DNA of 63,853 nucleotides from Oculina patagonica (Eukaryota): NCBI RefSeq assembly GCF_052425735.1, contig NC_135768.1, positions 9,858,001 to 9,921,853 of the forward strand, read 5' to 3'. Shown piece by piece: positions 45,628 to 58,700 of this stretch (position 1 is its first letter; each line of letters starts with the position of its first letter). The notes under the pieces were generated by a model. It saw only the letters and a program-made list of their open reading frames with translations, ran no database searches and was not told where the DNA came from. The position numbers and the translations under genes were made by a program.

Positions 45628-48380
45628 CGGGTAGTTGGGAGGTCGATGAACGTTCAATGGGCTGTCGAAGTCCAAAAACTTCTGAATCTAGCGTTTTTTT
45701 CCCTAACGGTTACTTTACACAGAATTTGCCACTGCACGATATAAATGGAAAGAGAGCTGGCTGTAAGTCAGTACGTTCAAAACAATTTTTTCGTGTGTTA
45801 AGGAATTTATTTATAAGCAAAACGAATTGTAATTTGCAAAGTGGTGCTCGCTATAAACGACGCAACCTTGTTTTGAACCATTTGGGTTTGGTTAAATAAT
45901 TTTAAGTGAGTCGAACTGTTTCTACGGTTCTGAAGCTTTTCTTTGCAGATTGCATACGTACAGAAAAGTGAAAGTATCTGGTCCCTGACCTCAAATTGGG
46001 TGTATCTTCAGGTTACAATAAAGAGAGTCATTTGAATTTTTAATTTATGACTTTATTGCGATATTATAAACATTTTAGTAACCAAGCTTGTTAGGTCACG
46101 ATGGCAATATATTGGCGTGTTTATGGACAACGACTTCGTCTCGGTCTTGATCTATAAAGACGCTTATTTTTCACATGGCTCGTTTTCCTTTGTTCTTCCA
46201 GGCTGATTATATTGATAAACCCCGCTGATTAGCAACTGTCTAAAAAGCTGGGGCGGCTTTGATTGTAACAGGGGAGAACGGGGCTGATATTCTAATATTC
46301 CCCTCGTCGAATATTAGAGTTGATAAACCCCTGGGGGAGTATTACAGTAATATTCCGCTCGCAGAACATCCGTACACCTCACATCGCACTGAAAAACAAA
46401 ACCATACTTTGATAGCGTTACATTCATTTTGCCTAGTCTGTTGTTATATTTTAAATACTACTAAGCAGTTGCTTAAATTGAAAACCTGATAATTGCATTC
46501 GACGTTTGCTTTGTCAGAATTCTAAAGCAGTACATTCCGTTCGTTAACTTACTCATTCTAATCATTCAAACACCAAAAGGTTCCCTTTTTAGTGTTCAGT
46601 TGGATCCTTTTACTGTTCCTGACCAGCAGCTCTTTGTCATATATGACGATGATATCGCTTTTCGATTTTGACCAAAATTTTTAAGGCACACACTACAGGT
46701 TTATTGACTTTTCATGTGATTTTTGAAGTGGCGACATAAAGAAACTTGTCCGAGGAACGAACACACTTCTCAGAATCACAATAAGGACGGTAAGCATGAA
46801 GGCACAAAGAATCTTCATGATAACGAAATCTGAAAAAAAGATACAATGAAAAACTCATTAATAATTCATAAAGAAAATACAAAAGAAATTAATGTTTAAT
46901 GAGTGTCTTTATATCTGATAAAGACACGGCTAAACTTAACGTCCAATTCTCTAGGCCAAAATAACCCCAAATCTAAATATTAGTGCAAGAATGAGTTGAT
47001 CTACATCAGAAGATTTTTAAGCCGTTCAATAAATTCGCAGTTCGTGTTTTATCAAGTCTCAAACACTCGGCTGCGCCTCGTGTTTTAAACTTGATAAAAC
47101 ACTGCTGCTCATTAATTAAACATTACATAAAAATTAACTCCACTTCTGGGATTAATCATTTATGAAGAAATTGGTTCACATGACCAGCCGTAGAAAACGT
47201 ATCAGGAAAAAAAAACTGTTAGGACAGGACAGCAGAGAACGCCTGATCCCTTCTAAAACAATGTTGAAAGTAGGACTATTTTGTTTTCTTCACCACTTAG
47301 GATTTATTATCATGAAAGTCTGCTGTTGCTGTTTAGTCCTTGAATTCAATGACGTTTAGCTCTTTATTACAGCTGACGTTAAACTAGCGGTTTTACGCGT
47401 GATAACCTGCGGGAAACCGTGCCATGATCAGTTTAGTGGCAAACATGTACTTGCATTTTCTTTGTTGTGATTTGAAAACTACACAACAGGAGAGAGAAAT
47501 TTAAGTTTACAGTCAACTCTCGCCTTGCGGAAACCCCGCTATTGCGGACACTCGCTATTACGGACAAAATCCAGATCCCCGGCGAAAGAGGTTTGACTGG
47601 AAATAACTCCCGCATTTACGGACTCTCGCTATAACGGACACTAAACGACGCCCCGAGCGTGTCCGCTACAACTATATACTGTATTAACTTTTAAGTTTTG
47701 ATATCCGAATCGATTGTGTAGTGAGGGCCATACGTCATTTTCTCGCGCGGAATTATCTTTCTTAAAATAGCCTTTTAGTGAATCTCAAAGCACACGCTCT
47801 AATGCTAGGTACAGACAAGTAGGATTATTTTATTGCTGGCTCCACGAGCATGCATGATGAGGTAAACCCTGCGTTGTTATTTTATAAACAACGCCCCGAG
47901 CGTGTCCGCTAGCAAAATTTTTTTTGGGATCACTTTCTTGGGGAGCTTGGAAACCAGGCTTGATTTGGTAGCCGAGCCTACTCCTCACAATGTAACCTTG
48001 TTTACAGACAACAGCGAAATTTTCACAGAATATCCCCTGAAACTTCTTGAGAGTATTAGATGTTTGTTTAGAAATGTCAAGCGATTCCAAAAATTATTTT
48101 GGTTTTCTAGTTTACGAAATATTCGAACTTCGGTATACCATAAAATCGCTATGTTCTCGACACTTAGAAAAATTTTGGCTCAGCCAGGAAGTATCAATTG
48201 AAACAGAAAACCAGTCACGCAAACGAATGAATGGATGAATATCTCTATTTACTTTAAAAACCCAATAAGAATATTCGAAGTTTGTAGAAATGCCAAGCGA
48301 TTCTTAAAATTATTTCGATTTCGAAGTGGACGAATTTTTCGAGCTTGTGCATACAATAAAATCGCTATGTTCATGACACT

Positions 48381-48604
48381 TACACCCGCTCATTTTTCGA
48401 TGTGCTACACAAACAAGACGGATCGAAATCCGCCAATCACAGCCCACTAGCATGACCTTCTGAACTTGTGGGCTCATTTCCGGCCGGTGTTGATTTCATG
48501 CAAATGAGCCCACAAGTTCAGAAGGTCATACTAGTGGGCTGTGATTGGCGGATTTCGATCCGTCTTGTTTGTGTAGCACATCGACATAAAGATGAGCGGG
48601 TGTA
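48381..48604. mobile_element. Near-perfect hairpin MITE at the centre of the foldback element
   Basis: TACACCCGCTCAT...ATGAGCGGGTGTA, ~100-bp stem with ~20-nt loop. Confidence 0.8.
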
Positions 48605-48851
48605 TTGTTAGCGATTTTATGGTATGCACAAGCTCAAAAAATTCGTCCACTTAGAAACCAAAATAATTTTAAGAATTGCTTTGCATTTCTAAACAAACAT
48701 CGAATATTCTTATTGGGTTATTAGAGTAAATAGAGATATTCATTCATTCATTCATTCATTCATTTGTGTGAGGTTTTCTGTTTCAATATTGCTCACTTCC
48801 GGGCTGAGCCAAAATTTTTCTAAGTGTCGAAAACATAGCGATTTTATGGTA

Positions 48852-49012
48852 CAGTGGAACCCCGATATAACGATATGCCAAGGGGGCAGTAAAATTAGAT
48901 CGTTATATCGAGGAATCGTTATATCGGGGTTCCGTCCCATACATTTTACTATTGCTGGGACATAACATATTCATCGTTATATCGGGAATATCGTTATATC
49001 GGGGTTCCACTG
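48852..49012. mobile_element. Tc1/mariner-type MITE, TA TSD, in the right foldback arm
   Basis: Same TIR as 17648-17823; the left arm (~48133 gtatacc) is the empty site. Confidence 0.88.
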
Positions 49013-50211
49013 TATACCGAAGTTCGGATATTTCGTCAACTAGAAAACCAAAATCATTTTTTTAATCGCTTGACATTTCTAAACAAACATCTGATACTCT
49101 CAAGAAGTTTCAGTAGATATTCTGTGAAAATTTCGCTGTTGTCTGTAAACAAGGTTACATTGTGAAGAGAAGGCTCGGCTACCAAATCAAGCCTGGTTTC
49201 CAAGCTCCCCAAGAAAGTGATCCCAAAAAAAGTTTTGCTGTCCGCTATAGTGAGAGTTGACTGTACTTGGCATTTTTATTTTTTATCAGAGTGTTGCCAT
49301 GACTACAGTTTTTTAGAAACCAGGATACGTCTTTGTTCAAGTATGCAGTTTTTTGGATACCTTTTTTCGATTTTATTGTCGTTGTAAATAAAACGATGCA
49401 TATCTTCACCATTTGCCGAGTTGAAACCTGTTCTGTTTTAAATTTCACCGCTTGCAAACTACATTCGTTTATAGTAAAGTTTAAACATGTTAGACACTCT
49501 TTGCTTTTATAATAATCTTTACTATCATTTTTAATTTAAATGTGGGAAATCAAATGGTTCCAATCCCGGCATCTCGCGGCAGTAGCGGGGCCGTACTCTT
49601 TTCTAGTAGGGCCGTATGGCTTTTTCCGGCTCTGTCAGATCGAGAGGTATCAGTCATGGCCCTCATACGGTATTTTTTTCAAATAGTTTTCCAAGGAAAT
49701 TGCGCGAGGCTCCGTACGAGTCGTACGATAAGTAGTCTTATTTGTGTATTTTATTGTTTTTAATTGATCTGGTGCAGATCCAGACAGAGGCGTAACGTAC
49801 TATTGATTGAATAAAACTCGTAAATCATCGTTATAGTTACTGTGGTTAATGAACAAAGCTATAATCTCGTTCACATACGTGCCACTAGTATTCCAAGCGG
49901 AGAGGGGAGGAGGGGAGGACGGCAGGAGGGGAGGGAGACGAACACCATGTTAGCTATAACAAAACTAATACACAGCTTATTACTTGACAAGTAATACACA
50001 CCTGTACATTTAGTTTGTTCTTTTTTAATGCGTTCTTTTTAATTTACAACACTGCATTTCTAACACTTCTTTTATCTTATCCAGAATGTTGGAAAAATAT
50101 CCAACTGGCTTATTTAGTTGACCATTACTGCTACATGTTCTTTAACTTATCCTTTAAATCTTAACGCTTTTGGCTTTCCTGGTTCTTGGTTGTTGATTTC
50201 TAACGTTTTCC

Positions 50212-51979
50212 TTAGCAACAGCGGAGGAGATAGCCACAGAAGACTGTGTAGATGCAACCCCGCTTGGCCTGATCTTTCGGCGCGTCACTTTGGAGGTTAT
50301 TCTTATAGAAGGTCGTCACTTCCTTGCCCCCAGCCACTTGTTCGTTCTCGTCTGCGTCGTCATTTGCGTTGTAAAATGTCTTGGTCTCTGACTTATTTTC
50401 GTCCGCAGAACGTTTACGGCTGGTGCAACAGCGGAGGAGATAGCCACAGAAAACACGGTAGGTGCACCCGCGTTTCTGAATCGGCGAGTCACTTTGGAGG
50501 TCCTTATGGTAGAAGGTCACAGTTTTGGCCCCTGCCTCATGTTTTTCCTCATTTGCAGGTTTGCCAAAAGTCAGAATGGCAAACATCACCAGGAGGCTAA
50601 CAATAACTGCGGGCTAAAAGGAAAAAAGAGAAATAGAAAAAGAGAAATACAAGATATGCCAACTTTAATATTGTTCATCCAGTTATAAAACGATTTACTG
50701 AAGGTGGCAGAACTTTTACCGTGACTGCTTTTAAAGAATGGAACAGCCTAAACATATCTATGCGAAAATTGTCAACGATTAAAGCTTTTAGGAACTCTCT
50801 TTGGAAGAGAATTTTTAAAGAACAGCAGTTTTTAAATCATTTTATTCTGTAATTTAGTTACACTTTTACTCTTTTTACCTTTTTAATATTTTATCTCGTA
50901 TTTCTTGCATTTTTATTTGTAATATTTCATAGTTTATCCATAGTTTTAATATTCGTATTGTTCTGTGTATTTTTATTTTTTATTGTAAATAATTATTGAG
51001 GGCCACTGGTTTGTTAGTGTTTTTATGCTATTTTAGTGCTACCCTCGTTAAATAAAGACTTCACTTACTTACATACAAGATGAGAAACAACACAGAGGGG
51101 CCAGGCTCACGTTACTACCACTCGGTCAAAATTTGTAAGGATTTGAATGAGACTTTTGATATTCACCAGAATTAAATGTTCCATCAGGTGCTCCTGACTT
51201 AACAACAGTTTCGAGTTGCTTTGATCACGGAAATTGTAGAGCTATTTAACTGAAAAATTATTGTATGTATATAGTTTGTATGATGCAACAGAAACAGAGA
51301 AAAAAATTAAAACTGCAGTTGCAGTGCATAACAAGGGGCTACAAAACGATCATATCCATTTTGAAACAATTAAAAGAAACACCCACAAGGGAATTTAAGA
51401 AAAAATATTGAAAAGGCGTTTTCTGTTTTTTTTTTGACATTTTACGGCCTTTTTAAGGCTCTTGATGCTAAAAGAAAATAAAAAATTAAAGTTAACTAAA
51501 TTAATCTGTTCCGATATTTTTTTGCGAAAAATTGCAATGGCAGAAACTTATAAGGAACAAAGCACTATCACTGAAATTTGTTGGGCTGTTGTTTTTTGCT
51601 TTCCCAAAAATTGTGGCTGGGGAATTTTCCCCGTCACCAAAACGACATTTTCACTTCTTCCAAATCAGAAACCACTATATTTCCCATGTAATAACTGATG
51701 GAATTACAGGATTTACGAGTAAACATTTACCAAAATTATCAATTTGAAGGACCCTGATAAATTAACAACAGCTTCGACATGCTGTGATCTTGGATCTTTT
51801 AGTGCAGTTTGACTGAAGAATATTCTAATTTCCTTATTGAAGATTCCCTAAAAGTTATAATATATAGTCCCTCAGCTTATTAATAGTTGAAGTCTTGATT
51901 TTTTGCTTAGGCAATAACAAAAGGGGCTTCTCGGCCAGAGTACAAACCCATGAGCGAGGTTCAAAATACCTACCTTCAT
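50212..51979 (-). CDS. Secreted prepropeptide with two tandem 4-Cys peptides (toxin/antimicrobial-like), 135 aa, 2 coding exons
   Basis: Exon 51979-51974 (ATG AAG|gtaggt) plus 50613-50212. MKPAVIVSLLVMFAILTFG KPANEEKHEAGAKTVTFYHKDLQSDSPIQKR GCTYRVFCGYLLRCCTS RKR SADENK...DQAKR GCIYTVFCGYLLRCC*. Signal peptide, polar/acidic spacers, dibasic sites; exon structure conserved in the paralog. Confidence 0.87.
50656..51072 (+). mobile_element. LINE (L2/CR1-like) 3' fragment in the peptide-gene intron
   Basis: Reads ...KRFTEGGRTFTVTAFKEWNSL...; aataaa plus cttac-type tail; TSD ATACAAGAT (50647-50655, 51073-51081); absent from the paralog intron. Confidence 0.78.
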
Positions 51980-54900
51980 TTTGTCTTCACCGACTGCAAA
52001 TTGTTCTCAGCAAAACACCTGCAAGATAAAAACAGTCCAGTTAACGATTCGTGCTCAAAAAAATGCGACAGAATTTTCTCCAAAAAAGGCCCACTCATTA
52101 AGAACTGATAAAAAGTACCCTTAATTCTGTTCTATAAGGTTTCCAAGCCAATTAAAACCGCGCTTAAAAAAGAAATATTTGTGTGTGTTTATCTTGTTAA
52201 AAAGCTCGTTTAATGTAAAAAATGCTTACTCGTACCATTTTACTCGTACCATCGTAATTAAAAAAAAAACTTACCTATCAAAGATCTCAGCGCCTGTGTC
52301 GAAAGAGTGAAAGCAGAAACCTAAACGAAAGGAAAGGAATAGAATAAAAATGTTAGAAACACAACTACAAGCTCACATCAGCAAATTCTCCAATACTTAC
52401 TTGTCGCTGTTCAAAGGGCGAATGAACTTCTCGTTGAAACACCGTCACTGTTATGCCCCAATCGTGTTTGTTTTTCAATTTGTTTGCCACGTTTTGTTTT
52501 CTCGCCATTATTGACTAGGGTATAATTACGTCTGAGTGTGATTCTGCCAGAATAAACAAAAGCGAAAGTTAAGATTTTAGATTTAATGGATAGTATTCAT
52601 ATGTTTTTCTTTATTAAATACCCTTAATTCAGAAAGAGATGCATGTTTTGGTTCAAAATTTATTGAGAATAAGTAAATTTTTCTTTAAAAAAAAAAAAAA
52701 AACATAACATAAATATACTCAGTATATTAAATTGGAGAACAAAATAAGAAAAAAGAACTTGGCCTCTTACTTTGTTATAAAATAAGCAGTATTTTCATAA
52801 CGAGAGCAATAAATTAAACTGTCAAAACTTCTGTTTTTCAACTATGGGAACACCGTGCCTGTGTATATAAACCTCAATTTATCCTTTTAACGAAGGTTTT
52901 AGAGACAAAGCGTGTTCCTTAACCTGAACCAACACCGTATAAAATTAGAAGTATTATCAAAACTTGAGCAATGAATTAAACTGTCATAACTTCTGCTTGT
53001 CAACTAAGGAACACAGTGATTCTGAATTTTAACATCAATTAATCCTTTTAAGGAAGACATTATTCTGATTATTAAAAACAATGCCTGCTTTCTAAATCTG
53101 AACCTACACCGTATATTGCTCAGACCAGAAACTTTTAATTGTTATATTTTTTATCCACTTGGAATCAAGTGGAACATTGTTTAATAAAGAGAGGAAGCGT
53201 TCTTCAGATCTTTTTAACGAAAATGTCGTCTGACCAACACAGAAGCACTGTCTAGTTCTGTTAAAAGTTTCTTTACTAGTGCGCTAAATCTATTTTTATT
53301 TTTTAGTAAGAGTAAACTTTATTGAGATTTATAGGAGCATATTTCCAAAAGCCAATTTTCACAATTAATGTTCATAATTTAAAAACCCCATGCACTATAT
53401 ACTCTTGTCTTAAAATATTTTTCCCTGACTAAAAATAAACGACATTTTCTTTAAATTCGAACAATCTTTCATTTAGAAATGAAAAAAAAAAAAAACGATG
53501 AATTTTTTTCTGCTAAAAAATGAGTCTCAAAAATTTAACGATAAAATTAATAGGTTCGAGCCACCTTAAAATGTCGGGCAGTCTTTTCAGATTATGTCAA
53601 TGGCCTTGGAAAAATCATCAAATACTAATAACAGTTTGCTATCTCCGGCTTCAACGGTTCACTTAAAATGTTTATCTTGTTGTTCTCAGTAGGCACATTT
53701 CATGCATAAGCGAAGGTTCTTAGTTCAATTTTGAGCACCGTTTTGGCCAAGAATGCAGCAGAATCCCCGTAATAGTGCAGACAGCTGCAGACAGGTTACG
53801 CTTTATGTATTTTATGTATAATATTCGTTAACGAACAATTTAATCCCTTCAAATATGTTTTTAAGCAAAAACAAATACACGAGAAGAAATTTAGCGTTCG
53901 TGGAACTTTACGCCTATTGACATAACTTGAGACATAAACTGGAGGAAGCGGCCCGCTTTCTCAAGCCCAAAATCTATTTAAGATTAAAATCTGAGATATT
54001 TTTATACGCTGTTTCTGACCTGACCAAAACCGATACCTCATTTCAGATCAGACCCTTACCAAGAACTACTTCGGTTTGCGTAACACTAAAGAAAGGCTTC
54101 AAATTACCCGTGTTTACAAATCATACGCGCGAAACGAGAAAACAGGATCCGTGTAGCTCTCTTATTTTTCATGGCCGCGCGAAAGATCGAAAACCGTAGA
54201 GATGAATAAATGTTGAATAAAAAATCTCAAGATTATAAGGCATTTTAGTTTACAGTATCGCTCTACATTTTTACTCGTCATTCGTAATTTCAGCAATATT
54301 TTTAGGGTAAGTTGTTAATTAAAAAAAAAATGTATTTTAAGTGATTTTACACACTAAAGTGTTTAGCATATTCCATTCATTGCGAGCTTACACAAAGTAG
54401 ATTTAAAGATCTGCATATGATTGTGATTTAAGATTGAATTTTAACCGTTTTTATGTTTAAAGCAACGCAAACAGACTCAAAATGGGCTTTTAGCTTTACT
54501 TGGTTCAAATGTCGGGTTGTATGCCTAACATAATTTGCGTCGCACAGATTACATTCAGATTTATAGTTCAAGCATTAATTATTAACAATAATTGGGGGCT
54601 TCTTCTCTGTTGGGGCGGAAACAGCAATTTTCTTGGTACGAAAGACAGGTTTATTTGCCTTTTGACGGAATTAGCTGATTGCTGATCATAAAATTGTAGT
54701 TGGCCCACGATAGTAGGGTTGTCGTCACTTGTATTCTTGGATGCATGTTTAGTGTCGATATTAGGCGGAATCGCTGAATTGATTACACAAGTTATTTCGT
54801 GTGTTTTGTCTTTTGCTATCAAAGCGTGTTTACACCGACGTCATGCTTTTAAATTAAGATTGCCAAACAGAATCCGGGGAGAGTTAGGATACTTTCCAAT

Positions 54901-55948
54901 TGAATTACGGTACCTTATTCTTACTTATTTTTGCGAGTACTAATTTTTTTGCGATTTTAAAATAATCGCGAAATCTAATACGCTCGATGAAATCAATGCG
55001 CGAAATATAAACACGCGAAAATTGATTCCATATTATATACGTCAACAGAACCAAAATTTTAAATGTTCGGAACTGCAACTATCTACCTCTGAAATTATCT
55101 TTCCGTCTTGTTTTTGACTATCAATCTTTCTTTGATAAACTGTTTCGCTCTTAAACCTCTTTAGCACAGTCACAAAGTTTCCGTCTGCAGGCTGCTTGTA
55201 GTTACATTGAGCCAGACCTTTGTATATTCCCAGTAGTTTCTTAGTCTAAGACGACTGCACCATAAAACACTGACAAAATCGCGAAATTTAATACACGCTA
55301 TTTTCTTGCAATCGCGAAATTTAATACTCGCGAAATTCGGCTCTCGAACTTTCGCGAAATTAAGTACGCGCGAAAATTAGTAAGAATAACTTAAGTATGT
55401 GCAGCGCCAAAGGGTATAGATTTTGACCATTTTGTCTCAAATAAGGTATCATCTGTACCACTCAGGTCATGAATAACGTACAATTCTTGTCTTGAATAGT
55501 TGTTTTTATTCGTCTTTTTAAAAGCATGCTTTAATAAACACGGAAAATTTAAAGTCCATCTGAAGTGTAAAGACAAACAAAAGTATTTCTTGGGTATGAT
55601 CTGATCTGAAAGGAGGCATCTGTTTAAGTCAGGTCATAAATAGTGTATGACAATTTTTACATTTTAATCTTAATAGGGTAAGAGCTTCAGAAGTGGTTAG
55701 ATTTTCAGGAAGTACCCCTCCTCCAGTTTGTTTCAATTTCAAGGCAAGACAATATATGTAGAGTTCCTTAACGCAAAATTTGTACTCGTGTGTTTTTGTC
55801 TTTTGTTTTTAAAATATAAAAAGAAATATATAAAAAAAATTCGATAACGTGCATTATACATAAAAAAATATAGCATAAGCTGTCTGCAGCTTACTGGGGC
55901 ACTATGACGCGGATTCAAAAACGGTGCTCAAAATTATGACTATAATAT

Positions 55949-56482
55949 CATAGGTGACAAATTACTCCTTAATTTTGGCGCGAAATTTCAACGTTAATTT
56001 ATAATTTCACATGTGAAATTATAAAATTGCCACGGCAACGTAGTTGGCGGCAAGACAATAAAAGATGCTTTAAGGCTTAAACTTTGTACATTTTCGCTTG
56101 AATTTCATCTTAGCCAGCTAGCCTTAGCCATGTACTAAATTTTTTGGTGATATTTTATATTTCAAAACGTCAAAACGACTTCAAGACTTATGCCAATTAC
56201 ATAAATGGCATCGAGCGGATTTTTGAGCGTTTTACACGGTCGCCGTTTTTAGTTCATTCAAGACGAACTATACTCATAATGTGAGAAATAATTGACAGTT
56301 GATTAATCTTGAAAACTTTTTGTCAAGGGCAAAAAGAAATCTCTGAACGTTTTTATTCAAAGACTAAAAAACCCTTGCGAACTTAAGCAAAATGTATGCT
56401 TTCAACTTATCAAAGCTCAGAGTTCGCGATGCAATGTACCCGTCAAAAACATCTAAGATTGCAACGTAATTTGTCACCTATG
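55949..56482. mobile_element. Non-autonomous DNA element with CATAGGTGACAAATTAC TIRs
   Basis: Perfect inverted termini at 55949 and 56482. Confidence 0.7.
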
Positions 56483-56861
56483 ATATTAAAATGGAATCAA
56501 ATGGTATACTCGTAAAGTTAGAAAATAATTTCACTTGCATTTTTTCAAAATTCTAAGAATTTTGACAAAACGCGCGTGAAATTATTTCCTAATTTCACTC
56601 GTCACCATTTGATTACCCATACAAAATTCTTTCTAAGTTTTTTTTTAAATTGTAGGCCAAACCTCCGTTTACGCTCTTACTAAAATTGGTCTGACAAACA
56701 TGTATGTTTGTCAGACGACAGTCTCGTTATAAATATCTGAAGAACGTTTTCTCTTTCTTTATTTAGCAATGTTGCTATCGGATTCCATGTTGATTATAAT
56801 ATAACAATAAAACGTTTTTGGTCTCAAAAATATACGGTGTAGGTTCAGGTTTAGAAAGCAT

Positions 56862-57261
56862 CAGGGGCACCCAACGGAATATTTCGTTAAAATATCTGTT
56901 CGAAATACGATTTGAGATCTAGAATTTTCGGAACATTCATTGTAATTTTTTTTTGCTTGCCTGCCTTTCTTAGGATTTTCGAATATCTAAAAAATGGTAT
57001 AATTGTTCATTTTTAACGGATTTTTTACTCTTAAAAGGTCACCTAGAATTTTCGGGAGCCTTTCTCTTGCTGGAATTTTCGAAAAGGTTAGTTTTGATCC
57101 CTATAACTTTCGGATCACTAGACTTTCAGCTAGGAAATCCGAACAGACAAAAAAAATTTAGGGGATAAAAATATGCCTATATCTTCCATTTAAATACGAA
57201 AATACGTTCAACGGTGCTATCTTTAAGTGGTTTTGAACTATATTCTCGATGGGTGCCCCTG
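56862..57261. mobile_element. MITE with CAGGGGCACCCA TIRs and a 6-bp TSD
   Basis: caggggcaccca / tgggtgcccctg; AAGCAT on both sides (56856-56861, 57262-57267). Confidence 0.75.
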
Positions 57262-58700
57262 AAGCATGCCTTGTCTTTAAAATCGTTCTTAAAAGGGTTA
57301 AATGAGCATTTAAGAAAAAGACATTGTGATGCCATAGTTGACAAACAGAAGCGAAAAAAGTATAATTTACTGCCTCAAGTTATGACAATTCTGCTTATTT
57401 TCAGATAGCTAAATAAATATACGGTTTAGATTCAAGTTTAGAAAACACGCTTTGTTCCCAAAATCGCCGTTAAAAGGGTTAATTGAGGTTTATATACACA
57501 GGCACTTTGTTCCCATCAGAGTTGATAAATAGAAGTTTTGAATGTTTAATTTATTGCTCACGTTTTGGCAATTCTGCTAATTGTATAATAAATAATTAAA
57601 ATAAATATACGACTTAGAATCAAGTTAAGAAAACACGCCTTGTTTTTAAAACCTTCGTTAAAAGGGTTAACGTTAATTTAGTTTTATAAACACAGGCACC
57701 GTGTTCCCATAGTTGACAAACAGAAGTTTTGAGGGTTTAATCAAGTTTTGGCAATTCTGCTAATTTTAGAATAAAATAAATACACGGCTTAGATTCAAGT
57801 TTAGAAAACTCGCCTTGTTTTGAAATTATGAATTATGAATTATGATTTTTTCTGATTTTTCTGAATTTTACTGAATATAATTCTGTTTTGCAACTAAAAA
57901 AAAAATCGAGAAATTTGCTTATTGTCAACAAATCGTAAACCAAAAAATTCTACCAGAATAAAGGGTTTTAAATAAAGAAAATAACATTTAAAAATAATAT
58001 CCATGATATTTGAAATCCACCTTCGCTTTTGTTTATTCAGTTAGAACCATCCTAGTCAATTATGCTTAGAAGACAAAACGTGAGAAGTTCTTTTCCCTTT
58101 CAAAAACGACAAGTAAGTATTGGACAATTTGCTGATGTGAGCTTGTCATTGTGTTTTTTGCTTAAAACCTAAAATTTTGATTCTACTCCTTTCTTTTCGT
58201 TCAGTTTTCCGCTTTCGTTCTTTCGAAACGATACCGTAACAGCTAATACAAAAAACACTTAAAAAACAATTTTTCAGACTGGAGTTCTTTTTGCAGTGCA
58301 ACGCTTTTATAGCAGCGGCGAACCTTCGTTTAAACAAAAATGATTAAATATTGGACCACACTTTCCAGGGGATTACCGGCGCAATAAACCGACGCGGTAT
58401 GTTGGGAGAACACGAGAAAAGCTTGTAAATCACGAGCCGTCATGCGAGTAACTTTAGCTAGCTAAAATCTAAAATCATTCTAAATTTGGTTCGCTTCAGG
58501 TTGCTATAGGTACATAAATCGGATTTACATGAAAAAGCACATTAAAATGTAAATTGACCTGTTCTCTTAATGAAAGGCCTTTTTTAATTCACCAGGTTGA
58601 GAAAATTCTGTTGCAAGCTTTTGCGATGCTTAGATTGACTGGACTGTTTCTATGTTGCAGGTGTTTTGCTGAGAACAGTCTTGCAGTCAGTGAAGACCAA

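Larger units (their letters stand above)
47912..49238. mobile_element. Foldback/MULE-like element with ~450-bp inverted arms and a 9-bp TSD
   Basis: GCAAAA...TTTTGC ends, TSD TGTCCGCTA (47903-47911, 49239-49247); arms are reverse complements along their length. Confidence 0.85.
47508..49265. mobile_element. Tc1/mariner-type MITE split by later insertions
   Basis: tacagtcaactctc (~47508) and gagagttgactgta (~49252-49265) termini enclose the foldback element. Confidence 0.65.

Noticed and set aside
50118-50600. 160-aa plus-strand Cys/Arg-rich ORF with an internal repeat
   Set aside because: Antisense shadow of the minus-strand peptide gene; signal peptide, KR sites, splice sites and paralog conservation all support the minus strand.
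52790-57820. ~190-bp repeated units as a CRISPR-like or spacer array
   Set aside because: Diverged tandem repeats without unique spacers, in eukaryotic DNA with no cas genes.
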